Part shown: positions 47,253 to 55,680 of the stretch, piece after piece | Numbering within the stretch: position 1 is the first letter of the stretch | How the letters are laid out: the number at the start of each line of letters is the position of its first letter | UHGV virus genome: UHGV-1366603 | Direction: 5' to 3' (one strand) | DNA length: 64,000 bases | Source of the DNA: a virus | Notes under the pieces: generated by a model | Told to the model about the DNA's origin: nothing | What the model saw: only the letters and a program-made list of their open reading frames with translations | Database searches by the model: none | Position numbers and translations under genes: made by a program

Positions 47253-47612
47253 ATGACTTATAATCACAACTCTATTGTTTTAGCAAAACGTAAATTCGGT
47301 CTTCATCTTTCTTACGTGATTCGTCATTTGACAGCGAAAGACATTACACAGCGTGAACTTGCCCAGCTTGCGAAAGTTTCACAATCGGTTATTTCATCTA
47401 TTAAGAACGATCGTAGCGAACGCCTGAGTCTACCGATAATGATGAAGGTTGCTGATGCAGTTCGTCTGAAATACCAGATTACGTTTAATTCCATTAAAGG
47501 GCGTTGCTCAGTAACGGTTCACGTAGAGTCTGCGTTGGACTACGTTGCAAATACGTCCCTTAAACGTACCGCGAAGAATATTCGTTTTGTTACTAACAGC
47601 GCAACACACTAA
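47253..47612 (+). CDS. helix-turn-helix (XRE/Cro-like) DNA-binding protein (119 aa)
   Basis: HTH-like segment ITQRELAQLAKVSQSVISSIKN; ATG after TTAGGA RBS (track TTG 47226). Confidence 0.6.
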   Translation: MTYNHNSIVLAKRKFGLHLSYVIRHLTAKDITQRELAQLAKVSQSVISSIKNDRSERLSLPIMMKVADAVRLKYQITFNSIKGRCSVTVHVESALDYVANTSLKRTAKNIRFVTNSATH

Positions 47613-47633
47613 CCAACCTAAAGGAGTAATATC

Positions 47634-48317
47634 ATGGCACCGAGAACTAAGAAAACCGAAGTTAAAGAAACTGTAGAAAAGCCGACTGATAATAAGGAAG
47701 CGGAAGTTAAGCAGACTGGGCCTAACAAGAAACTTGTGCTTATGTCACCCGCCACAGAAATACACGGGGATAAAATCTTAAGTTACACTCCGCGCGCGAG
47801 TTTAACGATCGATATTTACCATTACCCGGTATTCGACCTGTACACGCTTGTCTGTCGACTCGACGATGAGATACTGGCAGTCGTTCCAGGTATCCACAAA
47901 GAAAAACTGCTTACGGGTTCAGTCATTAGCGAGATTTTCCTGCGCTTGATGTTTAAATCAGACGATAAGATGATCAGCCAGATTGCTAGTAAATTGACTG
48001 ACTTCTTTGTTGAGGCTTCAACGTGGTTAGGCTTTCACCCAACGGCTTATTTCGTTTTCGACACCAAAATGTTGTATGCTGAAATGGGCGATAGCGTTAA
48101 ATATCCTATCTTGCTTAATGAAGAAGTCGTTCCTTTTTCCCTTACCAGTCCTAACAAACATCTTCGCTTTCATCCGGCGTTAGAAAGCCTGATTGAATAC
48201 AATCGGTTGGAAAAATATTACGCTTATCATCGCATGTTCTTTGAACTTCTGCGTGATAAATTAAGAGGCAAAGTTCCAGATTCTAGTGCAGCATTCACTA
48301 GTTCTAAGCTTTGGTAG
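47634..48317 (+). CDS. hypothetical protein (227 aa)
   Basis: ORF with AAGGAG RBS. Confidence 0.75.
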   Translation: MAPRTKKTEVKETVEKPTDNKEAEVKQTGPNKKLVLMSPATEIHGDKILSYTPRASLTIDIYHYPVFDLYTLVCRLDDEILAVVPGIHKEKLLTGSVISEIFLRLMFKSDDKMISQIASKLTDFFVEASTWLGFHPTAYFVFDTKMLYAEMGDSVKYPILLNEEVVPFSLTSPNKHLRFHPALESLIEYNRLEKYYAYHRMFFELLRDKLRGKVPDSSAAFTSSKLW

Positions 48318-48330
48318 TTTGTAACAAACA

Positions 48331-48358
48331 GGGAGCTTCGGCTCCCTTTTTCTTTTTA
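48331..48358 (+). terminator. intrinsic terminator (UUCG tetraloop)
   Basis: GGGAGC-TTCG-GCTCCC followed by T-run. Confidence 0.85.
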
Positions 48359-48403
48359 CAACTTTTTCTTTTGTTGTGAGGAAAGCCGATAAGGAGTATT
48401 AAA

Positions 48404-49390
48404 ATGGTATATCGTAAAACGATAGAAAGAACCTCTTCTGATTTAACCGTAGGACGCTTAACCCGTAGAGATATTCGCAATCCTCAACTTCAGGCATGTT
48501 TAACGGGCCCTAACGGTGCGGTGATTCGTGAAGCACTGTGCAATACTGAGCTGAATACGTTCTCTTTACAAAAAGGAAAAACAATCCAAGGGTTTATCAT
48601 CACAAAACACATTTACGGTGATCCAACGTTACACTGCTTGTATATGCATGAAATTGTACCTGGGTGTTTGAACAAACTGAGCCTTCTATTGGTACTTGAC
48701 TATACTGGGTTTACGTACCTTAACCGAATTGCCAGGGGCGTGGAAGAAATCGCTGAGCTTAACGATTTAGGGTTTAGACATACCCACACAGCATATCGTT
48801 TAGGTACGCGTAAGCTACTGGATGTCACTTTACCGACGAACGTGAAGAACGTCTCCGGCGACTTCTATAAAGACTTAACCAGAGCACAACGTGAACAGCT
48901 CATGACGTTGTTTGGCACTAGCGTCGTTGAAAACATCAATGCTGACCCTGTAACGCGTTCTCGACAAATAATGCCGCAAGTTGAAACATTGGTGGAATTA
49001 GCGCGGCACGTCAATCACTACACTTACGTTTGGATGGACGGTAATGACGTTGTGGGTGTGGTGCAAGTTAAATCACGCAATCTTAGCGAGTGCGAACTAA
49101 AAGCCATTGCGGTAAGTGAATCACACCGGGGCCGTGGGATTGGGCGTGCGTTGTTGTACCGTGCTTTACAGATTGCTTCGACAACAGCAGCACCGTTAGA
49201 AATAGGCTGTTACAATAACAACCCAGCATTTAGACACCTGGCTGTAGATTTGTTTAAATTCCGTCCCTACGAGTACGAATTTGTTTTAGTGCGCGACGAC
49301 GATGTCGTCAGTTGGGAGCGTCGGAAAAACCGCGTCGAGTTAGTGTTAGGCGACGAAATGTCATCGTTACAAGGCGGAATTAATGCATAA
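48404..49390 (+). CDS. GNAT-domain protein (328 aa), C-terminal acetyltransferase domain, possibly tandem GNAT
   Basis: C-terminal AIAVSESHRGRGIGRALLYRALQ GNAT motif; AAGGAG RBS. Confidence 0.65.
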   Translation: MVYRKTIERTSSDLTVGRLTRRDIRNPQLQACLTGPNGAVIREALCNTELNTFSLQKGKTIQGFIITKHIYGDPTLHCLYMHEIVPGCLNKLSLLLVLDYTGFTYLNRIARGVEEIAELNDLGFRHTHTAYRLGTRKLLDVTLPTNVKNVSGDFYKDLTRAQREQLMTLFGTSVVENINADPVTRSRQIMPQVETLVELARHVNHYTYVWMDGNDVVGVVQVKSRNLSECELKAIAVSESHRGRGIGRALLYRALQIASTTAAPLEIGCYNNNPAFRHLAVDLFKFRPYEYEFVLVRDDDVVSWERRKNRVELVLGDEMSSLQGGINA

Positions 49391-50198
49391 ACCAATTATA
49401 AAGTGGATGGGTGGTAAATCACGGATTATCGACACCTTACTACAAGTCTTACCTGAACGTACAACATTCGTTGAACCGTTTGTTGGTGCAGGGTCGGTGT
49501 TTTTGAACACACGTTATAAACGTTACATTCTTGCTGACTCTAACCCCGATTTAATACAGTTGCTGAATGTGGCGAAAGACCAACCTGAAGAACTTATCTT
49601 AAAGTCGAAACCACTATTCGAAGACGGTAACGATTGTATTAAGTATATGGAACGCCGTGAGTTGTTTAATCGCGAAACGGATATGGCTCCGTTAGACCGG
49701 GCAGCAATGTTTCTGTACTTAATGCGTCACGGTTTTAACGGGATGTGTCGTTACAACGGCAGCGGGGGTTTTAACGTTCCGTTTGGTCGCTATCCTAACG
49801 GTGTGTATTACCCGTTAGACGAGATTCGTGGTTGGGCTAAACGTTGTCAAGAACCGGAATACTTAGAAATTGTTTGTGAAGATTTCCGAACAGTTTTAGA
49901 GCGTACACCGGAAGAGAGTGTGATTTACGCAGACCCGCCTTATATACCGCTCTCAGAGACCGCTAAACACGCCCAATACCATCGGAAGGAGTTTTCCCAG
50001 GCTGACCATCGAGAACTCGCCAGAGCGCTGTTTAAGCAGGTTGAGAGGGGGAATAGCGTTGTGTTGTCCAATGCAGATACGTTACTAACGCGTGAGATTT
50101 ATTACGGGTTCGAATGGCGTTCTGTGGAAGTAGGGCGATACATGGGTGCGTCAGGTGCTGCCCGTAAAACGGTAACGGAATTGTTAGGAGTGCTCTAA
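49383..50198 (+). CDS. dam: DNA adenine methyltransferase (Dam, GATC N6-adenine MTase)
   Basis: IKWMGGKSR, VEPFVGAGSVFLNT, YILADSNPDLI, FNGMCRYNG.GGFNVPFGRY, DPPYIPLS, all matching E. coli Dam from memory. Confidence 0.9.
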   Translation: MHKPIIKWMGGKSRIIDTLLQVLPERTTFVEPFVGAGSVFLNTRYKRYILADSNPDLIQLLNVAKDQPEELILKSKPLFEDGNDCIKYMERRELFNRETDMAPLDRAAMFLYLMRHGFNGMCRYNGSGGFNVPFGRYPNGVYYPLDEIRGWAKRCQEPEYLEIVCEDFRTVLERTPEESVIYADPPYIPLSETAKHAQYHRKEFSQADHRELARALFKQVERGNSVVLSNADTLLTREIYYGFEWRSVEVGRYMGASGAARKTVTELLGVL

Positions 50199-50971
50199 TG
50201 CGTATAGTGGATATCCACGATTATCGTAATGACCATTTAGCGATTGGTGTCGATGGGAAAATGGTTTCGTTAACCCGCGTACGCAAAGGGTTAATGGAAA
50301 AGGAGATCATTCGGGAGTCCGAAGACCCTACCTTTATCATCCTTTCGAACACTAATCAGTTACAGGGCATCTTTTCAGGGCGTGCTGACGGTAAGATTTT
50401 CTATATGTCCGCAATCGTTGTGTTTGCGAAGAAGAACATTAACTTCGCCCAACTCAAACGTTTGTTAAACGTGAAGATGTTTGATGTCACCTACCCTGCT
50501 AATGACCTAAAACGTCGTGATCAGTTAATGACGTTTTTAGGTATGCAACCAACGTCTATCGATTACGACCTTACGATTACTGAGAAGCCGGAAGTGCGCA
50601 CTGACTTACCTGACGTAGACGATGTTGAATCCTTAACGTTAGAAGAGACGTTTACGATTCCTAAGGTTGTTAATGTCAACCTGGACACGCATTGTTTAGG
50701 GTTGTTAGCCGTAGGTGCAGCAGAAGGGTTGTGTTGTCGTAAAGACGGTAAGGTTGAAGGTATCTTAGTCTATTCGAAAATCAACGAAAAGACGTTTGCC
50801 ACTGAAGGCTTTTTCTATAACGATTGCACTTACGGAAACGCACTACTAACCACGTATTTCCGTATTGCTTATCTGAAAGGCGCAACTGTACGCCTCACGT
50901 TTCCATACACAGCCCCACCGTCTATGGGTGGAGTTGAGGTAGAACCATTAACCGGCCACTTTATCTTTTAA
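50198..50971 (+). CDS. hypothetical protein (257 aa)
   Basis: TAATG coupling to Dam. Confidence 0.75.
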   Translation: MRIVDIHDYRNDHLAIGVDGKMVSLTRVRKGLMEKEIIRESEDPTFIILSNTNQLQGIFSGRADGKIFYMSAIVVFAKKNINFAQLKRLLNVKMFDVTYPANDLKRRDQLMTFLGMQPTSIDYDLTITEKPEVRTDLPDVDDVESLTLEETFTIPKVVNVNLDTHCLGLLAVGAAEGLCCRKDGKVEGILVYSKINEKTFATEGFFYNDCTYGNALLTTYFRIAYLKGATVRLTFPYTAPPSMGGVEVEPLTGHFIF

Positions 50972-50980
50972 GGATGATGA

Positions 50981-51208
50981 ATGGAAATCAAACGTATTGT
51001 AACCAAAAACAAACAGATTGTTTACGTCGCAGGCGATAACGAATTCTCGGCGGTAATCAACAGCGAAAATGCGCTCATTATCGGTTATCCGGGTAAAGTT
51101 ATTACGCGCAGTCACCAACGTGTGATTGACAAACTTATCGCAAAAGCGAAAGCGCGTGACGGTGTTGGTTCAGTACAAACCCACACGGGGTTAACGCTGG
51201 CCCTCTAG
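50981..51208 (+). CDS. hypothetical protein (75 aa)
   Basis: ORF with AAGGA RBS. Confidence 0.6.
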   Translation: MEIKRIVTKNKQIVYVAGDNEFSAVINSENALIIGYPGKVITRSHQRVIDKLIAKAKARDGVGSVQTHTGLTLAL

Positions 51209-51247
51209 TCAGCAGGTAATATGACCTCTTAACTGGAGACTTTAATA

Positions 51248-51754
51248 ATGAGTGAGACTCTGGATTTTAATCAGCTCGAACAACACGATTTCGACCTCGG
51301 TGTTCGTGATATCGATGCTGATCATGAAACACGTTGTAAAGAGCTGTTTAACCGTTACGGTCAGCTCATCACCGGTGCCTCTGACGACACCGAATTCAGT
51401 TTAGATGAGTTTGAAAAAGTTCTGTCGTGTTTTATCACTGACTGTCTGGCGAAGAAAGCGTTGCTGGTCGAACTGAACTTAGACTCCGTCGAACCTACTG
51501 ATGCTCACGCCGTGTTGAAAGAGTCCATTATCCCAACTGATGAGATTATGGACACGGTAGCCGGTATTCGCGGTACGTTTGAAACTGCCGTAGAAGAATA
51601 CACGGAACAGCTTCGTGAATCAGGACTGACGTTGTGTGCGCCAGCAGGTGAGCCATTACCGTCCGACGAAGAAACTGAAGAAGCGCGTAGTCGCTTAGCG
51701 CGTTATGTTATTACGTCTATCTTGGTAGATGATCGCGAAGAGAATCTGCTATAA
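51248..51754 (+). CDS. strongly acidic protein (168 aa), candidate DNA mimic
   Basis: GGAGACTT RBS; very high Asp/Glu content. Confidence 0.7.
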   Translation: MSETLDFNQLEQHDFDLGVRDIDADHETRCKELFNRYGQLITGASDDTEFSLDEFEKVLSCFITDCLAKKALLVELNLDSVEPTDAHAVLKESIIPTDEIMDTVAGIRGTFETAVEEYTEQLRESGLTLCAPAGEPLPSDEETEEARSRLARYVITSILVDDREENLL

Positions 51755-51757
51755 GCT

Positions 51758-51797
51758 GCCCCTCTCTCCGTTTGGAGAGAGGGTGTATTTATTTTTA
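51758..51797 (+). terminator. intrinsic terminator
   Basis: GCCCCTCTCTCC-GTTT-GGAGAGAGGG then T-rich tail. Confidence 0.85.
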
Positions 51798-51852
51798 CGC
51801 GTATAGCCGTAGTTATGCACAAGTAAACAAAATTAATTGAGGAAACAATCTG

Positions 51853-52170
51853 ATGTGGTTAAGTGCTATTCACCGTGATTTGCCAAAACGTGACGTGTCG
51901 TTTACTGTTGAGGACGCACCGATTGAGGTAGGCGTCGCTAAATTCGAAAGAATCGAAGAAGGGCAGTTTGTTGTAATGGATGGCAACGACAACGAATTTA
52001 TGTTGTATCATCCAGAAGTGGATACCTCTGAAATTTGTGACGGTGTTCTTTTGTTGTCCTGGCAAAACCAAGAAACTAAAGAATGGATGTGGTGTGTTGC
52101 TAAACCGACAAATGAAGCTGGAACCGCATACGTGTTTGGGGAAATTTATGTCGAACCCGAGCCACACTAA
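51853..52170 (+). CDS. hypothetical protein (105 aa)
   Basis: ORF with GAGGA RBS. Confidence 0.7.
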   Translation: MWLSAIHRDLPKRDVSFTVEDAPIEVGVAKFERIEEGQFVVMDGNDNEFMLYHPEVDTSEICDGVLLLSWQNQETKEWMWCVAKPTNEAGTAYVFGEIYVEPEPH

Positions 52171-52217
52171 TTTCGATATAGCTTCAGCATTGTGTTGTTA
52201 ATGGTCTAAAAAATTTA

Positions 52218-52248
52218 AGATATATTTCATCTATGTGAGAATTCTCAC
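52218..52248 (+). promoter_or_regulatory. promoter-like element with perfect 14-bp palindrome GTGAGAATTCTCAC (52235-52248)
   Basis: AGATATAT… then TGTGAGAATTCTCAC; 24 nt upstream of ATG 52272. Confidence 0.45.
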
Positions 52249-52271
52249 TTAACTAAATGGAGTAATCTAAA

Positions 52272-52541
52272 ATGGCTAAGATTTACATTGTTGAGAAACG
52301 TGCGGGTAATGTTCTTTCCTATTACGAAGAAGGTAAACCTGAAAAAGTTAAAACACTCAAACTCGACGGGTATGAAGTGAAGAGTTTACGCAAAGGTGTG
52401 AAGATTACCTTTAAAGGTTTGGCTCGCGTAAATAACTTACACATTGTTAAGGCCGATGGTACGATGGCTGCGTTAGCGCCTGTCAGTGCTGCGAAAACGA
52501 CAGCCGGTCGTGGCTGCTACGGTAGCAGTCGTAAGATTTAA
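52272..52541 (+). CDS. small basic protein (89 aa), monocistronic unit
   Basis: TGGAG RBS; promoter-like element before and terminator after. Confidence 0.7.
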   Translation: MAKIYIVEKRAGNVLSYYEEGKPEKVKTLKLDGYEVKSLRKGVKITFKGLARVNNLHIVKADGTMAALAPVSAAKTTAGRGCYGSSRKI

Positions 52542-52546
52542 GCAGT

Positions 52547-52588
52547 GCCCCTCTCTCCTAACGGAGAGAGGGTACTTTTATTTTTCTT
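52547..52588 (+). terminator. intrinsic terminator
   Basis: GCCCCTCTCTCC-TAAC-GGAGAGAGGG then T-rich tail; stem identical to terminator 51758. Confidence 0.85.
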
Positions 52589-52599
52589 CGAGGTGCGTG

Positions 52600-53088
52600 A
52601 TGACAACGGTATTAGTAACAAAGGATTACATTTTAGCTGACCGACTTGTGGACTATGCTGGCACAGTTAAAGAATTGCCCAAACTACATAAACACAAAAA
52701 CAAGTTTGTTTTCTACACTGGGGAACGTGTACTGGACACCGAGTTTTGGAAAATATCAATGACCGCTGTTATAGAAAAATATTTAGACGTGGATAAACGC
52801 AAGGAAGTTGAGCCTTTGCTTGTGGATTTTTTCGAAAAAGAGCGAATATTCGATCAGATTGTCATTTTTACGGCTAGAAAAACTCATTGGCTCACATTAG
52901 TAGCAGGTAAGTTTGAAGATCTTGTAATAAATGAAAATGCGGTTTGGGCAACGGGTTCTGGTGGAGGTTTTGCACGGGCTGCTTGGGCGACAGGAATATC
53001 AGAAAAGAAAATTATGCCGTTGGTAGGTTCTATTGATCCGTCTAGCTCGACCACCTATGACTTGTTTTACAGGAAGAGTTTACGATGA
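52600..53088 (+). CDS. HslV/proteasome-beta-like Ntn-hydrolase peptidase candidate (162 aa)
   Basis: Start set at ATG after GAGGTG RBS (track ORF 52486 runs through the terminator); N-terminus MTT…; ENAVWATGSGGGFARAAWATG resembles HslV [21 protein letters not shown]. Confidence 0.5.
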   Translation: MTTVLVTKDYILADRLVDYAGTVKELPKLHKHKNKFVFYTGERVLDTEFWKISMTAVIEKYLDVDKRKEVEPLLVDFFEKERIFDQIVIFTARKTHWLTLVAGKFEDLVINENAVWATGSGGGFARAAWATGISEKKIMPLVGSIDPSSSTTYDLFYRKSLR

Positions 53089-53606
53089 AAATAAATGCGG
53101 TTTTAATTGGCGATGAAATATTCGTGAATACAAAAACACAATATTTGTGTTACGAAGGTATTACTGTAATAGATGAGTATTACGGTAAATACGGTTGGTG
53201 GATTCCATCCCCTAATTCTTTACGATTAGAAGAAGCTTTAACTGCTGAAGAGAACAAACTGGATGATGAATGGACTTATATTAGCTCTGTAATTGATGTT
53301 AGCGGACGAATTAAAGACGTCTACTGGGCTAAAGGTATAGGGTGGCGTGTTACGCTACATCAAGCCACACCGGTAAGATTGTTGTACGACCACACTGACA
53401 CTTCGGAGTTAGCGTTTACCATTGAGACGCTCTCGGTGCGTAAAGATTTAGATAACGTAGGTAAAGGGAAGTGGTCGATTGAACGTATAGAGGAAATTCT
53501 CAGTCACTTTAAAGCCAACAACCAATTTAAACGTTGGTGTACGCTACCTGAGTTAGTAGAAGAGTTGAAAAAGCGGGATTGCAAGCCGCTACCTTTTAAT
53601 CCGTAA
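53085..53606 (+). CDS. hypothetical protein (173 aa), translationally coupled to HslV-like gene
   Basis: ATGA overlap. Confidence 0.7.
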   Translation: MKINAVLIGDEIFVNTKTQYLCYEGITVIDEYYGKYGWWIPSPNSLRLEEALTAEENKLDDEWTYISSVIDVSGRIKDVYWAKGIGWRVTLHQATPVRLLYDHTDTSELAFTIETLSVRKDLDNVGKGKWSIERIEEILSHFKANNQFKRWCTLPELVEELKKRDCKPLPFNP

Positions 53607-53650
53607 CTTTTTACGAATGCAGCTATTTTAATGATTAGGAGAATATAGAG

Positions 53651-54046
53651 ATGACAGCAATACTAGGTGTAATGGCAAGAAAAGCCGACATCGTTGAAAC
53701 GTTTATTGAACAATACAACAACTCGCCGTATACGCGTTTTAGATTACATAAACCGAAGAATAGTACAGAATGGGTTCGTTGGTTCAGGATTTGGGATAAA
53801 ACAATAAGTAAAATTGATCCGTTATTTAGAATAACGGTTGAACCAGCTTATTGGATTGTAATGGAAATTTCGCTATTACGTATTATCGAAAAACGTCCGA
53901 TTGACACTATGACGATGTTTGGGAAAGATACGTATAAAATGTTGACCAACGGTTTTGTGGGTAATGGGGAACACACGTTGTATCAAGCGATGCTGGAAAT
54001 GTGTTTGTTCGATTTAGTTACTTACGAATTGGGGATTTCAAAATGA
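53651..54046 (+). CDS. hypothetical protein (131 aa)
   Basis: TAGGAGAAT RBS. Confidence 0.7.
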   Translation: MTAILGVMARKADIVETFIEQYNNSPYTRFRLHKPKNSTEWVRWFRIWDKTISKIDPLFRITVEPAYWIVMEISLLRIIEKRPIDTMTMFGKDTYKMLTNGFVGNGEHTLYQAMLEMCLFDLVTYELGISK

Positions 54047-54507
54047 ATTGCTTCGAATCTAAAGAAATTGTTGAGTTGTTTAAGCAGCGTGAGAAAACAA
54101 CATTCCGTGACCTGTACGATTCCGATTACCGTCCTCTGTTTGCGGTATTGTTGAAACTGGATAAAGAACCCGAAATCGCACTAGCAGAGGTTCAGCATCA
54201 TCACATCAGTTTCGTGTTAACTGAAAACAAGGAACGTTGGGTAGATGACATACTGGGTCGTATTGCGCTTTTGGAAACACCGCATCGTTGGGAAGTGGTT
54301 ATTCAGAAATCACTCTTCCCGCGTGAAGACATTTTCAACAACTATCGTCCGAAACAGTATTACAACCACGACGGGTCGCCAAAACGTGCTTTCCTGGCAC
54401 CACAACACTTCGTAACCTACGTAACGTTGCGTTACAAAGACACCGTGGTGCCGTTTGACACCTACCTGGAAATGCGTGAGATAATCTTAGGGAAGAATCC
54501 GTCATGA
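54043..54507 (+). CDS. hypothetical protein (154 aa)
   Basis: ATG overlapping previous stop (ATGA); track ORF 54001 over-extends. Confidence 0.65.
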   Translation: MNCFESKEIVELFKQREKTTFRDLYDSDYRPLFAVLLKLDKEPEIALAEVQHHHISFVLTENKERWVDDILGRIALLETPHRWEVVIQKSLFPREDIFNNYRPKQYYNHDGSPKRAFLAPQHFVTYVTLRYKDTVVPFDTYLEMREIILGKNPS

Positions 54508-54986
54508 TTCAATTTTCTGTTGACTCAGAAAGACTGGCGTCATTTAAAGAGCGTGCTCAGACTGCAATCAAAAACGGTTACATTGAGAAAGGTGTTCGTG
54601 ATACTTGTAAACTAATCAACGGCCATCCGCACCTGGCGACAATGTGGAGCTGTGAAGGTCACGGTATGTATTCTAAATCGCCGGGAAACTTGCATATTGT
54701 TTTTGCAACAGATGGTATCGGAAGCCAGCTTCCAATGCAGATTATGTCCGAACTTGCAAAAAGCGATCTGCCCAATTTCTGGAATCTTAGTTTGTGTCGT
54801 CTTTATATACCGGACGCATACACGGATTTGGTATATCTTGAACCTGACTATGGGTTAAACACCGACGACACGTCTTACTGGTCTTGGAAAATCGGATACA
54901 TGTGCTTGATTAATCGTCCGGCATTAATTGAGGCACGACAGGCTCTTTATAAAGCATTTCACACAGTATTAGTTGAGAATAAATAA
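54504..54986 (+). CDS. hypothetical protein (160 aa)
   Basis: ATGA coupling. Confidence 0.7.
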   Translation: MIQFSVDSERLASFKERAQTAIKNGYIEKGVRDTCKLINGHPHLATMWSCEGHGMYSKSPGNLHIVFATDGIGSQLPMQIMSELAKSDLPNFWNLSLCRLYIPDAYTDLVYLEPDYGLNTDDTSYWSWKIGYMCLINRPALIEARQALYKAFHTVLVENK

Positions 54987-55678
54987 TGGCTACCAAACAA
55001 AAGAAACCTCGTAACAAAAAGTATAACCCGAAAGCAGCTGCTAACCGTACTGCACACACCATTGCTGAAAATGCGTTAAACCGCATTACTTTCGTCGGTA
55101 GCTCAATTCGTCCTATCGGTCCGTACGCAGGTCGTGGTTTCCAGTTTACAACGTCGCCGCGTATGCGCATGGCAGCGACCGATATGTTAATCGGTGGTCT
55201 GTTTGACGAACCACGTAACTGGAAGTTATGGGTTGCGCATCTGTACGAAACGGATAATGGTGTACAGGCAGAAACCGTCGTGGCCACGCTTGACGATTAC
55301 ACGTTAAGTGATTTCTGTCAACACGGCGACAAAATCATCAAGTCGCTACGTGAGACAGAAGAAAACTACTTCGGTTACGCTTTCGTTGCTGCGCCTAACG
55401 AACGCTATGATTTCGACCAGGGAGAAGAACGTTTACTGGAAAACTTCATGCATTCTGGACTGTTAGACAAATCCTTACACTTACCTGAAGAAGAACTGAT
55501 GGTTTCGCGTAAGGATATGGTAACGTTGCTGTTAGCCGACCGTGGTCGTTTTGATATCACCGAGCCGCATGTGCGTAAAGTACAGAAACTCGTGGATAAA
55601 GTAGACGAAACTGACCTGGACACTAATGAAGTCGCAACACGTATTCAAAGTGTAGTAAACCAGATTGAGGATTACTAA
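54986..55678 (+). CDS. hypothetical protein (230 aa), basic N-terminus
   Basis: TAATG coupling. Confidence 0.75.
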   Translation: MATKQKKPRNKKYNPKAAANRTAHTIAENALNRITFVGSSIRPIGPYAGRGFQFTTSPRMRMAATDMLIGGLFDEPRNWKLWVAHLYETDNGVQAETVVATLDDYTLSDFCQHGDKIIKSLRETEENYFGYAFVAAPNERYDFDQGEERLLENFMHSGLLDKSLHLPEEELMVSRKDMVTLLLADRGRFDITEPHVRKVQKLVDKVDETDLDTNEVATRIQSVVNQIEDY

Positions 55679-55680
55679 AC

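Noticed and set aside
50095-50115. GGTTCGAATGG resembling a tRNA T-arm
   Set aside because: Lies inside the Dam CDS with no flanking acceptor or anticodon stem; no tRNA-like cloverleaf found here or elsewhere by eye.
54504-54986. Functional call for the protein containing WSCEGHG
   Set aside because: The motif did not match any family I can confidently recall; left as hypothetical.
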